From Blastocladiella emersonii ATCC 22665 (taxonomy: Eukaryota; Fungi; Blastocladiomycota): DNA of 64,000 bases. Every line of letters begins with the position of its first letter. Position 1 is the stretch's first letter. The position numbers were made by a program, and so were the translations under genes. The notes under the pieces were generated by a model. It had not been told where the DNA came from. It saw only the letters and a list, made by a program, of their open reading frames with translations, and did not search any database. The stretch is from the NCBI GenBank assembly GCA_025594325.1, contig JANHCV010000011.1, positions 1,178,001 through 1,242,000 of the forward strand, read 5' to 3'. Shown here piece by piece: positions 12,350 to 24,238 of this stretch.

Positions 12350-13479
12350 CTACTGAATGAAAAACTCGAGGACGCGCTTGCGCTTCGATTCGGACACGGC
12401 CATGACGCGAAGCGCTTGATCCTCGGTCAGGCGGGTGGCGACGTCGATCTGGTACTCTTCATTGTCATTGTACGCGTCCTGGACCCATTCAAGTGCGGCG
12501 GTCAGAACGGGCTTGGAGTCGGCGGTCGCGACGCTCTGGAACACCTCCTTGATGTCCATGAGGAATTCCGAGTCCGAGAGGCGACGCGAGCTGCTGTCCG
12601 AAGTGCGGCTGCGCTTGCTGGCGGGGGCCGCGTCGTCTTGACCATCAACACCTTCCACGTCACCAGACTCCTTGCCGTCCTGCTCGAGGTGCGAGTACTT
12701 GCCGGTGGCGGTCGAGCTGCCCCACAGCATGTTGGCCTTCTTGTAGTACGGGAAGGGCTTGCAGCCCGCAGTCAGCTCCTCCTTGAGCTCTGCCTACAAT
12801 TGAAGCAGGCCAGGCGCTGTTAGCTCGCCGCGAGTTGACGCGTAACGATATTGAACAAACGTACCGAGAGATCGTTCCAGAACTCCTCTGGCACGTCGAC
12901 CGTGCACTCACCCTCATTCCAGGTGCAGCCGTTGCCCGAGTACGACAGAAGCCGTTTTACGGCGCGAAAACAAGTGCGAAGCTGGAGCCGAACGCTGACG
13001 TTGTTAGCGCTACGGTTGACGCGTGTCCGCAAGACAAAGCGTACGTATGTCACGCGGTTCTTGACCTGCTCCGCCGTAAACTGCATGTTGAACTCGTCCG
13101 ACAGGGCCTGGGCAATCGACACACGGTGCTGGGCCTTGAGCGTGTTGCTGTCGCCGAGCACGCCGTCGTCAGCGAGGTTGCAGAAGTGGTCGAGGAGGAA
13201 GTTGGTCGACGCGGAGCAGAAGGTGGCCTTGCCGCCGCTGGCCTTGCCGCTGCTGGCCTTGCTGCCACTGGCCTTGCGCTTGCTTGGCTTGGCGATGGTC
13301 ACGGGCGGCAGCGGGTTGGTCGGCGTGACAGCAGCGTTGCCATCGCTCCCAGCAGCGTCGTCATCTGCATCCTCGTCGCTATCGGCGGGCGGCGGCGGGA
13401 TTTCGGGCACGTTCTTGACGATCTCCTCGATGGACATGGCCGTACGGCCAGCGCGCTTTTTGCTTGACGGGGGAGCCAT
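12350..13479 (-). CDS. Harbinger-associated Myb/SANT-like DNA-binding protein. Exons 13479-13045, 12981-12865, 12793-12350
   Basis: IAQALSDEFNMQFTAEQVKNR...VKRLLSYSGNGCTWNE...VDVPEEFW...KPFPYYKKANMLWGSSTATG pattern typical of PIF/Harbinger ORF2; two GTACG...YAG introns in phase 0. Confidence 0.9.
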
Positions 13480-13754
13480 TCTTTTCGGCTTTGAGGGAGG
13501 ACGGGGGAGAGAGAGCGAGTTACTTTGGAGGAAAACGGCGTTTATATAGGCCGGGGAGCACAGTCTGAAGGTTTCGGGGGCGAGCAGACGGGCGATTCAG
13601 CGACGAGGGTTCCATTCAGCTCACCCGGGGGTTGAACCAAACGCCGCGATGAACGCGACGGGGTGAAAATGCCACGTTTCAGCTGGGTGAACACCGGACC
13701 GTGTAAAATCGATTGATCCACCTGATTCACCCCGGAACCAAACGGGCCCTTAGT

Positions 13755-14927
13755 TTGGACAGCGAGGTTTGGGCGAGAGCGGCTGAGTGATCCGACACCT
13801 GATGGCGCAACGCGTCAAGGCACAGCGTCAAGATCCGCCCAAAATCGCAGTGACGGTCCACCATGGACTCGTGTGCCGCGGAGGACGCGTCTATTACCAG
13901 CGGCCCTGTTCGCGCCGCCGCTGAGCCCGCGTGCGGTACACTTGGCTGACACTGGCTATTCATGAGAGCACCCATCCCTAAGCACTCTGACCACGCGCGA
14001 GGCAGGTCGTGTCGCTGCACCTCGCCCAAGCTCGCGGTCCCGGTGGCCTCGTCCGCTACCGATACTCCCTTATGTCGTCACGATACGACCGCTTATCCCC
14101 CGACCTCCCCCGCCACACGACGCGACGACCCAGCCGCTGCGAGCCCGTCGTCGCGCCCGTACACCGCCGCGAGTCGAGTCCCTCACTTCGCGCCGCGGCG
14201 AGCTGGCCGGCGTCGACCTGCGTGGTCCGCGACCAGATGCTCGCTCGGTTCGCGACGCGACGCGACGCGACGCAACACGCCTCGGCCGGCAGGTCCATTC
14301 GAGTCCCTCGCGACTCACTTACGAGGGCGACGCGTGGTAGGAGTGCTGACTCGACTCTGACTCGGCACGTTGCTGCCGTCAGTGTGCATGAGCTTCGTCT
14401 GTGGAGATCAGGGCCGGCGAGCATCGCGCGGGCGGGTCGGGCAACGGATGGGAGACGCTCGGCTCGGCGCGGCGCGGCGCGGGCAGGGAGAGGAGCGGGA
14501 AGGGCCGGGCCGTCCGCCGCCGAGCGAGGGCAGCAGCGCGAGCGAGGGCAGCAGTGAGTGGCCAGTGACGAACTGACTGACCAACGAGAAGCCAGCAGCG
14601 GGCGGCGAGTGGCTGACGGCGAGTGGCGTCCAGTTGGGGGGTTCGGCGGGTGCGAGGCGCGAGGTGGCCGCCAGCTCAAGAAGGCGGGGCCACCGCCAAG
14701 GTCTGCTCCTTCTCTTCGAGCACCCACCTTTTATCGACACCCCCATCTCGTTTAAAAGGAAAACGCCGTCAAGATGGTCAACTTCACGATCGGTACGCTG
14801 CTTCCCCGGGCGTTCTGGCCGAAAAGAAGCGTTTTTCGTCGAGAAACGGACGAGTGGCGGTCCAAAAACCGGACCGACGAACGGACCGGCCGGACGGACG
14901 GCTGGCCACGCGGATGGCTCGCCGTGA
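13755..14927. repeat. Copy B of the 1173-bp inverted duplication. Carries a second eEF2 promoter region, exon 1 (ATG 14774-14792, MVNFTI) and splice donor (14793) on the + strand
   Basis: Reverse complement of 1889-3061; AAGATGGTCAACTTCACGATCG/GTACGC read at 14771-14798; no eEF2 exon 2 follows. Confidence 0.97.
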
Positions 14928-15197
14928 TGCGATTATAATCACACGACTTGTGATATTCTTAAGCCTTTCGTACCTTGAAGCAACAGGGGAGGCTAACATG
15001 GAACGAAAGCTCACGCTATTGACGCGTTGCGCCACTCACGTGTTGGGTGAAATGATCGGCTCCCGCGATCCGAACGCGCTCGCCGCGTGCCTGCGCGTTA
15101 CGCTTTCGCTCTGAGGCCTGATGCATCGAATGTATTGAGTCCGCTCTCTATGCAACCTCTTTATCTCTGCTTGCTTTGAGCATATCGACGGTTTCAC

Positions 15198-17285
15198 ATG
15201 AATCCATCGGCAGCCAACAGTAACGCCACGCCTTCCGCCCGCGACTTGATCGCCGCTCTACACGTGCAGATCGAGCGTGACGACTGGGACACGGGCGGTG
15301 CACGCGAAATCGCTGCGATCTCGGCGACGATCCGAGCGACGTTTCCAGACATTGATGTCGCTGCGCGAGAAGCGCCGTATCGTCATCGGCTGCTGAGAAT
15401 GGAACAACATGCTGTCCAACTTATCCCGCCGCCGCCGCCGCCGCTACCTGCTTTGCCAGCTGCACCTGCCCCGTTGCCGCAGCTTGTCAATCCGTCCAAC
15501 ATTGCACCATCGCGGCTGCCTGGATCTCCCGCCGCATCTGCGCCGTCACCAGTTTCGTCGTCTTCAGCCGTTGTCAATGCGGCTCAGCCCGTCCATCCCA
15601 CGCGCCCGACGCCGCGCAAACAGCGCGCAGCCGCGCACCGCGAGACGGTTCAGCAGAAGCGCGAGGAGCGCGAGCAGCAGGACAACGCGAGACAGATCCA
15701 AATGCACGGCCGACCTGCCGAGGGCCTCGCCATCTACGTGCCCTTCGACCCATCGGGCAACAACTCGCAGGCCGCCGTGCTCAAGTGCGTCAAAACCAAC
15801 GTGCTCGATGCTGCTTTCGCCGCCCTCTTCGAGACGCTTGCTTCGAGCGGTGCCCTCTACATCGTCGACGGGCTATCTCAGCGTGCCAACGAGGACGCGC
15901 GCGTCGCTGACTTGCGCTCGGCCATGGTCGCGCTATCGAGTGATGGTTTGCTCGACCCTCCTCACGCACACGCCCAGTGGGCGCAGCGCGTCGGTATGTT
16001 CGCGCACCTGTACACAAACCGGCTCTTTGACGTCGCTCGCGCCATGGCGCTCGTGTCCATGGACAGTATCACTCTTGATACGCTCAGCCACGGTGTTCCT
16101 TACGCGCCCCTCTCACCTCCTCCGTTACGATAGGCGATCTCACCGTGCCGAACGGACTCTCGCTCTCGACCAAGTACGACCTCGACCAGGTCTTCGCCCA
16201 GATCGCCAAGTGGGACCGACTCGCGGTCCGCTTCGACCACGACCCGTCCAAGGTGCCGCCGTATCGGCCCATTCTTGCATTCGCGACGCCGCGCTGCCCG
16301 GCCGGGATTTCGTGTCCGCAAAACGATGCTGGTCGCTTCGAGTTTGACGGGATTTACTTTGACGGGCAGCCGTACGGCACGCCGGCGAGCTTTCTGGCCA
16401 TGATCCTCACGTCGTCGGGTGCCCGCGACATTATCGAGTCAAACGTGCATGACGCGGGCCTCCCGTACTCGGCGCGCGTCAAGATCGGCATCAACCGTCT
16501 CGTTGCCCTGCTTACTCCGAGCACCGACGCTTTCGGGCCGTACGAGAACGTGGCCTCGCTTCGCGGTCTAGAGCCCGAGTCGGATGCCGATCTTGAGTGC
16601 GTCGCGTAGCGCCGTACATCAGCAGTCGCCGTACTGACCGACTATCTCTTGGTATAGGATCGAGCGCCGGTCGGCGCGAGTGCACGCGTGTGTCGTGGTC
16701 GTCGCCTACTCGCACAAGCACCGCCCCGAGACAAAGCCGCGCTCCGAGTACGCTCGCGCTGCCGCAGCGGCCGATGCGCAGATGGGCCCCAAGACGGTTG
16801 GCGAGCAGCTCGACGCGGCCGTGTTCCACGCGCAGGCCGACTACCGGTCGCACCGGTGCACGATCAAGAACCAGCAGGCGAAGCGTCGCAACAAGCGCGC
16901 CGCGCACGCCGCAGCGACGCTCAACGTCGCGCAGCCCGGTCTCGACAAGCGCGAGCTCCGCCGTCACCTCCGCGAGGACACGGACGTCGGGTACGCGGTG
17001 CTGCAGTGGTGCGGGTTGAGCTGGTCCGTGTACAAGTCGCACTCGAGCGAGCGCACGGTGTACACGGCGTGGGATAAGTCGGAGCCACGCATCGCGTTCG
17101 CGTCGACTGATCTCTTCTCGGGCCAGTTCCCCTCGCTCGACGACCTGTTCAAGGCGATCGGGTCCACGCGCATCCGGGTTACGGATATCATCTACTCGCT
17201 GCCCGTTACGCCCGAGTGCTCATCGCTTCCCGTCGAGATTGACTATCCGATCCAGCTTCCCGTCCAGGCGCCCGCTGCAGAGTGA
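15198..17285 (+). CDS. Orphan 3-exon protein (~650 aa) of unknown function
   Basis: Three consecutive ORFs join in frame. Intron 1 ends at TAG 16133 (donor 16066 or 16093, both phase 1). Intron 2 is 16597-16657 (GTGCGT, TACTGAC branch, TAG). Pro-rich N-terminus; no family recognised. Confidence 0.7.
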
Positions 17286-18049
17286 TTTGTTCTTCCAGTC
17301 GTTCGTAGATGATTTTCTCCCCCCTTAACACGCTCACGTGTTCCTGGAGAACAAAGTGTGAGTGCATCGGGGAGTCTCGGACTCGACTCGGAGGACGCGT
17401 TGCGCCACTCACATGTACGCCGGCGCCACGAACGCACTTCCCTCCACGGCGAGGGTCTCCGTCTCGTCCAGGCACACGAGAACCCGCCGTTTTTGAGACC
17501 CTGTTCTGCGCTTGCAACATGATGAGCAGCACCGCGAAGAGCCTTCACGCCCGAGCGTTCTATCAGGCACGCCGCGCGATTCCTCACTTGGCTCCCGGCC
17601 TCAACGCGCACTGTCATCGAGCCGACCGTTTTGCTCCATGAGAACGAAAACTTTACTGCAAGCTCCGGCCAGGATCACGCTTAGATCACAGCCCGATCAA
17701 CCGGCGCGCGACGCGTCGCGTGGTCGCATCCATGGTTCGGCGTGGCTGGCGGCCACCTCGTGCTGGGAGTTGACAAAACGGGCGCGCGGTCGTCGAATGG
17801 TGGCGCAGGGAGCAACGCCAGCGACCAGCTATTAATACACGGTCATTCCCCGCAGTCAGTCGCCGCTCGCCGACGAGCGAGCGTGACGAACCCCACCAAC
17901 GACCCTTCTTCGGCTCGAGGCTTGAGTGGTTTCTCCCGGCGGCGATCCTTCGCGCGGCCCCCTCCTTCTCCCCTCCTCTTGCATTCAACGAAGAACCGAC
18001 CACCCGACCCCCGCACCCTACGCTAGACACACCCGTTAGACTGGCGACC

Positions 18050-21000
18050 ATGTCAAGTCCGGATCCCGCAGGCCCTGGCGGCCTGGCGGCCATCCCCCCG
18101 CTCACGTCGCTGTCGCGTCCGCTGCCCCCGACGCCGTCGCCATCCGCCGCCACCGCCACCGTGGCGTCCACGGCGTCGTCTCCACTCTCGCGGCCCACGT
18201 CGGCGGCCATCCCGCCCTCGGCGAGCACCGTTGTCGGCCTGATCCGGAGCGCATCGCTGCGCGCCGCGCGGGCTCGGCGGCCATCGGACGCGCCGGCGCC
18301 GACGACGCCATCCATCAACGCCACCGATACCCCTACGTCCGTCGTGCCGCCCCCGGCGCGACGCGGACGCGCGTCGTCGCTCGGCGCTCTCGCGTTCCAG
18401 CAACAACAGCAACAGCAGCAGCAGTCGTTCTCGAGTTCTCGCCGTGGAAGCGAGGCGAGCGGTGGCGGCGGCTCCACGGCCATCGCGCTGTCCCCGCCCG
18501 ACTCGCCGCCGCTGCCGCCAACGCCGGCGCCTGCAGCGCCGGATCGCCCGAGCGAGCAGGGTTCCAGCACCTTCGCGTCGACGCCCTCGGCCCCGCCGAG
18601 CACTAGCAGCAGCGCGAGCGATCCGTCGTGCGGCGGGAGCGCGGGCTCGACGGTCGCGACGCGGCTCGCGCGGTGCGTGCCAGCGCTCGCCGTGACGACG
18701 GCGTTCGGCAACTGCCAGCCGGGCGGCGGCGCGCCGAGCAGCAGCAGCGCTGGCTTCGCGTCGTCGCCGGCCGGTGATGGAGGAGAGGGGGCCGTGGCCG
18801 GCACGCCGCTCCTCGCGCCACCGACGGCGCAGCAGGTGGCCGTTTCGGCTGCGGCGGCGGCGGCGGCCCCAGTCGTCGCTGTCGAGGCCTCTCCATCTCC
18901 TCCTGTTCTCACAACCACCACGCAGTCCGCCGCCACGCACAAGCCGTCGTCGTCGGGACTTGCTGCAATGTATCGCCCGCCCGCGGACGGCGCGCCTCGC
19001 GGTGCTGCTGCGCCCGTGTCCGCGCCAGTTCTTCCGGCGCTCATCGCCACCGCACACGACACGGCAGGCCTCGCGCTGCTGCCGTCGCTCGACCCGGCCA
19101 TCTCGGCGCCGCTGCTCCCGCCAACGCTGCTGGGCAACGACGATGAAGCCGATAACCGGCCGCTCGGCGTGCAGCAGGCCGAGGCCTCCTCCAACAAGCC
19201 GCTGCCGCCGACTCCGCCACCCCAGCAGCAACCGCGGGCGACCGCCGACCTGCTGCCTCCATCCTACGCCCACAAGACGCTCCCGCACCTCGCGCCCGCT
19301 GCCGAGGAACCTTCCTCGTCGTCTTCGTCGCCGTGGAAGTCGCTCACCAAGACCCTCACGCGCGCCGTGCAGCGGGCGCCCGCGGCTCTCGGTGGCGGCG
19401 GGGCCGCTTCGTCGTCGGCGCTCCGGCCAAACCACAGCCCGTCGCCGCCCATGGCGCAGGCCCGGCTCGTCCCCGAACCCGCCGCATCCGCGCACGCGCT
19501 CGCCGGTACGCCCTCACGCCAGCACCGTGATTGTCCTCAGTCCATCGCACTCACACCCTCCCTCTTCCGTAGGCCCGCCAATGCTCCCCGCGCTCCCCTT
19601 CGATGGCGCGAAACGTACCTCGCCATCCCCCTCCCCTCCACCCGCCGCGGACCCCGTGATCCACCGCCCCGAGACCCCGCTCTCCCGCGCGCGCCCGCGC
19701 CCGCGCCCGCCGTCGGCCGTGAGCCCCGCCGACATGGAGCTGCGCCGCCGCAGCGAGTGGGTCCCCGCGTCGCCGCGCATCATGCACGACGGCGACGACG
19801 CGTCGCTCGCCGAGCTCGCGTGGCGCCGCCGGTCCGCGATCCTCGAGTCGTCTTCGCTCACCGGCAACGGTGGGGGTGGGATGGCGTCCCCTGCGCTCCC
19901 TGCCGGCGGGCTCGACGCGCTCCGCCACCAGTTGACGATGGAGCTCACGAGTTCCGCGGCGGCGCCGCTCGGTGCTGCGGCTGCTGAGTCAAGCGCGGTG
20001 AACGCGCGCCGGTCGACGCTGCAGCTCCCGCGCATCGACCCGCGGCCCGGCGGGGCTGCCCGGCGCCAGGAGTCGCCCTCGCCGGCTCCCGCAGCGCGCG
20101 ACCCGGCGCCCGCGACTATGACGCTGCCCTCGCTCGCGCCGACGCCGACGCTCGCGGTCCCCGCGCGCACCGCGTCGCTCGACGTGCCGCTAGCCCCCGC
20201 CGCGCCCATCGCGCCGCCGCTCACGCTACCCTCGGTCTCGGCACGTCCGCGCCCGTCGCGCGCCGCACACTCCTCGGGCCTCGCTTTGTCCCCGCCGCGG
20301 CTCGGCGACATTCCGGGCATCCCAAACGACCGGCACCCGGCAGACCACGCGCGCGGCGGTGAGGGCGGGGAAGACGACGGCGAGCTGTCGGACGCGGACT
20401 CGGTGACGCGCGACGTGCGCAAGGTCGCCAAGGACCCGGCGCCGCCGTACCGCGACCCGTCAGCGCGGTACCTGCCCGAGATCGACGCGTTTGGGCGGCT
20501 CCGGCTCACCAAGCCGTGTGTCCCCGACCTCGAGACCACCCAGGCGATGCTCGCGCTGTTGCAGCTGCACTACGTGCCGCCCGTGAATCGGGGTGGCGGC
20601 GGCGGGGCGGCTTCGGCGCTTGGATGTGGCAGTCGCGGGCGTGTGCCCGGCTCGGTCCTCGCGCTGGCCGCGGCGGCGGGCGTTGGGATCCCCGAGGACG
20701 ACAGCAGCGACGACGACGAGGATGGGTCGGCGTGGGACTCGGACTCGGACTCGGGCGGCGCGCCGCTCACCGTACTCAGCATCATGTCCGGCGCGGGTGC
20801 CGCGTCGAGCCCGGGCTCCGCGATCTCATCCGCCGCAGACAGCAGCGCGTCGGGCCGCCACGAGTGGCTCGCGTACGGGCACGCGGCGGCGGCCGATATC
20901 GCGTACGTGTACCGCGCGGGGTCGCACCTCGCGACCATCGTCGAGTCGCCCGCGGTCCAGAGGCAGCCGTCGCTGACGACGCTCACGCTGCGGCCGCGCG

Positions 21001-21875
21001 CTGACATCGGGTCGGCGGCGGCGGCGGGTTCGCAGATCAACGAGATCGCCGTGTTCCTCGCCGTCGAAAACCGCATGCTGCGCCTTTCCGCCTCCGAGAC
21101 TGCCGCCGCGCGGTCGATCCTGCAGTTCGTCCGCCGCGTCGGGCACGGTATCAACGTCAGCTCCTCTTCCCTCCCGCCGTCGCCCTCGCGCCCAGTCCCG
21201 CCACCCCTCTCGGCACCGCCGCGCTACTTCGACCTCGAGAACCTCCCGACCGAGGTCCCCGCGCTCCGCCGCCGGTCGCGCCGCGACCGCACCGCCGCCA
21301 TGATGGGCAGCCCGCGCGGGCTCACCCGCACGCTGTCGCGCGGCGACCCGGGGACGAGTTCCGCGGCCGGCGCAGGCAACGGGCCGGGATCGCGCGGGTG
21401 GCGCGTGAGCCGCGGATCGAGTCTCCTCGGCGGCCACGCCAACGGGCGCGCGAGCTCGAGCCGGCTCGCTGCCGCCGCGACCGCCTCGGCGCCAAGTACG
21501 CCCGCGACCCCGACGCGCCGCAAGCGCGCCGACGAAGGTAGTAGCGGCAACCACCACCACCGCCTATCGCAGTCCACCGCGTCGTTCTTCCGCAAGATGC
21601 GCGCGGTGCTCGACGGCAGCGCGTCGCCCTCGGCGCGGCGCCGCGAGTCGGCGATCCTCGTCGCGGCCGCGGCCGCAGCTGCTTCCGCAACAAGCGACGG
21701 AGCCGTCACGTACGCGGGCGCGGCGGCGTCGACGCGCCGGTCTGTGGATGCGGGGTGGTCGGCGGCAGCGTCGCCGGGGGGATCGCGACGAGGGTCCGCC
21801 GCGGCGGTGATGGCGGGGGTGAGTGAAGGCGGTCCGGTCCCGCTGCTGCCTGCGCCGCCAGAGTACCGGCCGTGA
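18050..21875 (+). CDS. Large Ser/Pro/Ala-rich low-complexity protein (~1250 aa). Exons 18050-19505 and 19573-21875
   Basis: Two long ORFs joined in phase 1 by a GTACGC...TAG intron; short ordered-looking segments (YLPEIDAFGRLRLTKPC, EIAVFLAVENRMLRL); no family recognised. Confidence 0.75.
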
Positions 21876-22009
21876 GTGAGGGCGATGGTCGTCGTTTCGT
21901 GAAGAATATACGGTTGCTGCTCTCCCTAGTTTTCATCGTCGCGCGCGAGTCAGGGGCCCTCATCCGCGTCCCTTCCCTCACCAACGGCGTCGCAAGGTCC
22001 TGAGTGAGA

Positions 22010-22700
22010 TCAGTTGGGCAAGGTGACGTTGCTCGCAGCCACAGCCGCCGTCAGATCGATGGTCGCCAGGTAGACGTAGGTGAATAGCTTTCTGAGACGC
22101 AATTTATGATGGACGCAGACCACGCACACGGCGCGACGCGACGTATGCGGGGTGCGGGGTGAGCGAGCGGTGTTCCAGCTTCTCGAGGATCTCAAGATCC
22201 AATAGAGGCGGTGGACACGAGCCTATCGCCCGTAAGTGCAAGGGTTGCGATGCGCGCCAGCGATGGCGGATGTTGATGAGCGACGGCGACACAAAAGCTC
22301 GTTGGCCGTGGTCGCGGCGCGGGCGATGGTTGAGGGCCGAGCTCGCTCAAGTCGGCGGTCGTAAGCACGACGTGACGGCCGCTACGTTGCATAGGGTGAA
22401 TCACGAGCTCCCCCTCGCCGACGGCCGGCGACGACGGTCTCAAGCACATGGAAGTCGCGCAACACGAACGAACGGCGAGCAGCGTCGACACGAACGGCGA
22501 GCAGCGTCGACACGGACGCGTAACCGAGTGTCCACGAAAGTGGACGGGTGGGGTTGATCCAGCGTCCGAACGGAGTCGGTGCGATGCGCCACAAAGTAGC
22601 AACGTAGGGCACACTCGGGTGCCTACGACCAACACCAGTCCATGGACGTCGCCACCATGTCCACCGAGTTCAACGAGGGGAAAGAACACAACGTTTCAGA
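22010..22700 (-). pseudogene. Possible decayed or small multi-exon gene of unknown family; contains a 22-bp tandem repeat (GAACGGCGAGCAGCGTCGACAC x2, ~22470-22514)
   Basis: Protein-like fragments PYVATLWRIAPTPFGRWINP, PPPLLDLEILEKLEHRSL and KLFTYVYLATIDL in different frames, with a plausible CTCAG acceptor. Confidence 0.3.
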
Positions 22701-22965
22701 GAACCCATGCATCGTCACCGACACTTCTTTGAGTGACTGCAGACGGCTCTTCTTATCTGGGGGTGCCTCATCACATGTTATGTTTAAAATTTTTTAAGAA
22801 TTCATAATGAAGCAAAGAACAGGAATAGGGGTGGGCGGGGATCCGCCGCCTACTTGAGGGACGCGCGCCCACCGGCACCGCGCCGGCCCACGGGCGTGCA
22901 CCGCCAGCGGCCAGGCCCAGCCACCGGCGACCGGCGTGCGGCGGCAGCGGGCGGAGCGGAGTGCG

Positions 22966-24238
22966 AGGCCTGATCGCGTTTCGGATCACGACGCGCCACG
23001 TGTCACCGTTGCCATGCGAAACTCAGCCACACCCGCACATGCGCGATGCGAGACGCGTTTGTCTCGCACGCCACGTGCTTTGCTCTGCCGCCAAAATCTC
23101 GTTGAAGGGACTTGATATTGGGCAAACTAACGCTTCGCTCACTGATTTCTTGCCCACGGCGAGCGACAGGACACGTTCACGATTCACGAAGCCGTTCAGC
23201 AGGGTCAGAGGATTCACGTTGGGAGGCACGTTTCCTCGCTCAATCTCAACCCCTTGAGAAAGTTATTAAATCCTAGTCGATGCAGCGTGTTCTCGAAGCC
23301 TCGGCCTTACCCTCAATGTACAGAAGTCGATTGCGGGAGCGTTTCGCTCACTCAATCCTGTCGAGTGCTCCTCTTGGCCGACTCCCCTTGCAACAGCCCT
23401 GCTCACTCGAGGCGCGCACGAGCAATTGATCCGTGGTGCTGGAAATTCCGCTCAGTGAGGTTGCGGGGGCGTCGTGCAGGGAAAGTCGCCGCTAAAGCGT
23501 GTCGCGTTGAGTCAAAACCAGACCCGGGTCGGACTGCTGCTGTTGCTGGAGCCGCCGCGACCGCACAGTAGTTTGTCAAGGTCGTAGGGTCCGGATCACG
23601 GCGACAGAAGGACGACGCGGAGAGCTGGTTCCGAGCAACGCTACACGAGCAACTCTTCGCTGCTCGCTCTCGCTAGACACGCTGTAGTCTCAAGGGCGAG
23701 ACAAACCGGCGCCTTGCGCAATTATTCCGCACGCAATGAAGTGACTTCGAGTACGGTTACCGTTCGGTACGGCAGAAAGCTCGTTGGAATCGCGTGGACG
23801 TGGCCAAGTGCTGCGCTGTCACACACCGCTCAGCACACGGACCATTAGGCAATTGTAAGAAGTAACACGCTGGGCAGAACCGTCCACCTCGCACCGTGAT
23901 GTGCCGCATCGCTCGCATGGAGTGAACAGCGTCGGCTCGGTTCACGCGACTGCAGAATAGGTGCAAGCTCCTTCCGATGTTCAGTTGCATGCAGTTTCGC
24001 ATCGAGACGCGCCCTGTGTGGGGTGCCACTGACGTAGTGGAGGAGCGAGTCGTGTTCAAACGTTGAGCACATAAGGGTCGAGGCGCTCACGATCGATTAT
24101 TCGCTGTTGAGAAGGGTTCGTTGCTCTCGCGAGGCGAGCAGGCGCGAGACGCGTCGATCAATCATGTGACCGCGTTGAGACACCTTTTTGCCCGTCGCGT
24201 CGTGATCCGACGTCGTGATCCGAAGCGCGATCAGGCCT
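22966..24238. repeat. Inverted repeat pair (22966-22993 / 24211-24238, 27 of 28 identical), with weaker homology outward; possible degraded non-autonomous DNA transposon
   Basis: AGGCCTGATCGCGTTTCGGATCACGACG versus CGTCGTGATCCGAAGCGCGATCAGGCCT; ORF track shows MIRNAIRP (-) and MIRSAIRP (+). Confidence 0.7.

Larger units (their letters stand above)
10505..13749. mobile_element. PIF/Harbinger DNA transposon, 3245 bp, full length with two convergent genes
   Basis: Perfect 15-bp TIRs GGGCCCGTTTGGTTC (10505-10519) and GAACCAAACGGGCCC (13735-13749); TTA target duplication at 10502-10504 and 13750-13752; DDE transposase plus Myb/SANT-like gene. Confidence 0.97.

Noticed and set aside
22470-22515. 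22-bp direct repeats here and at 45879-45922 as CRISPR-like arrays
   Set aside because: Only two adjacent units with no spacers, eukaryotic context, no cas genes.
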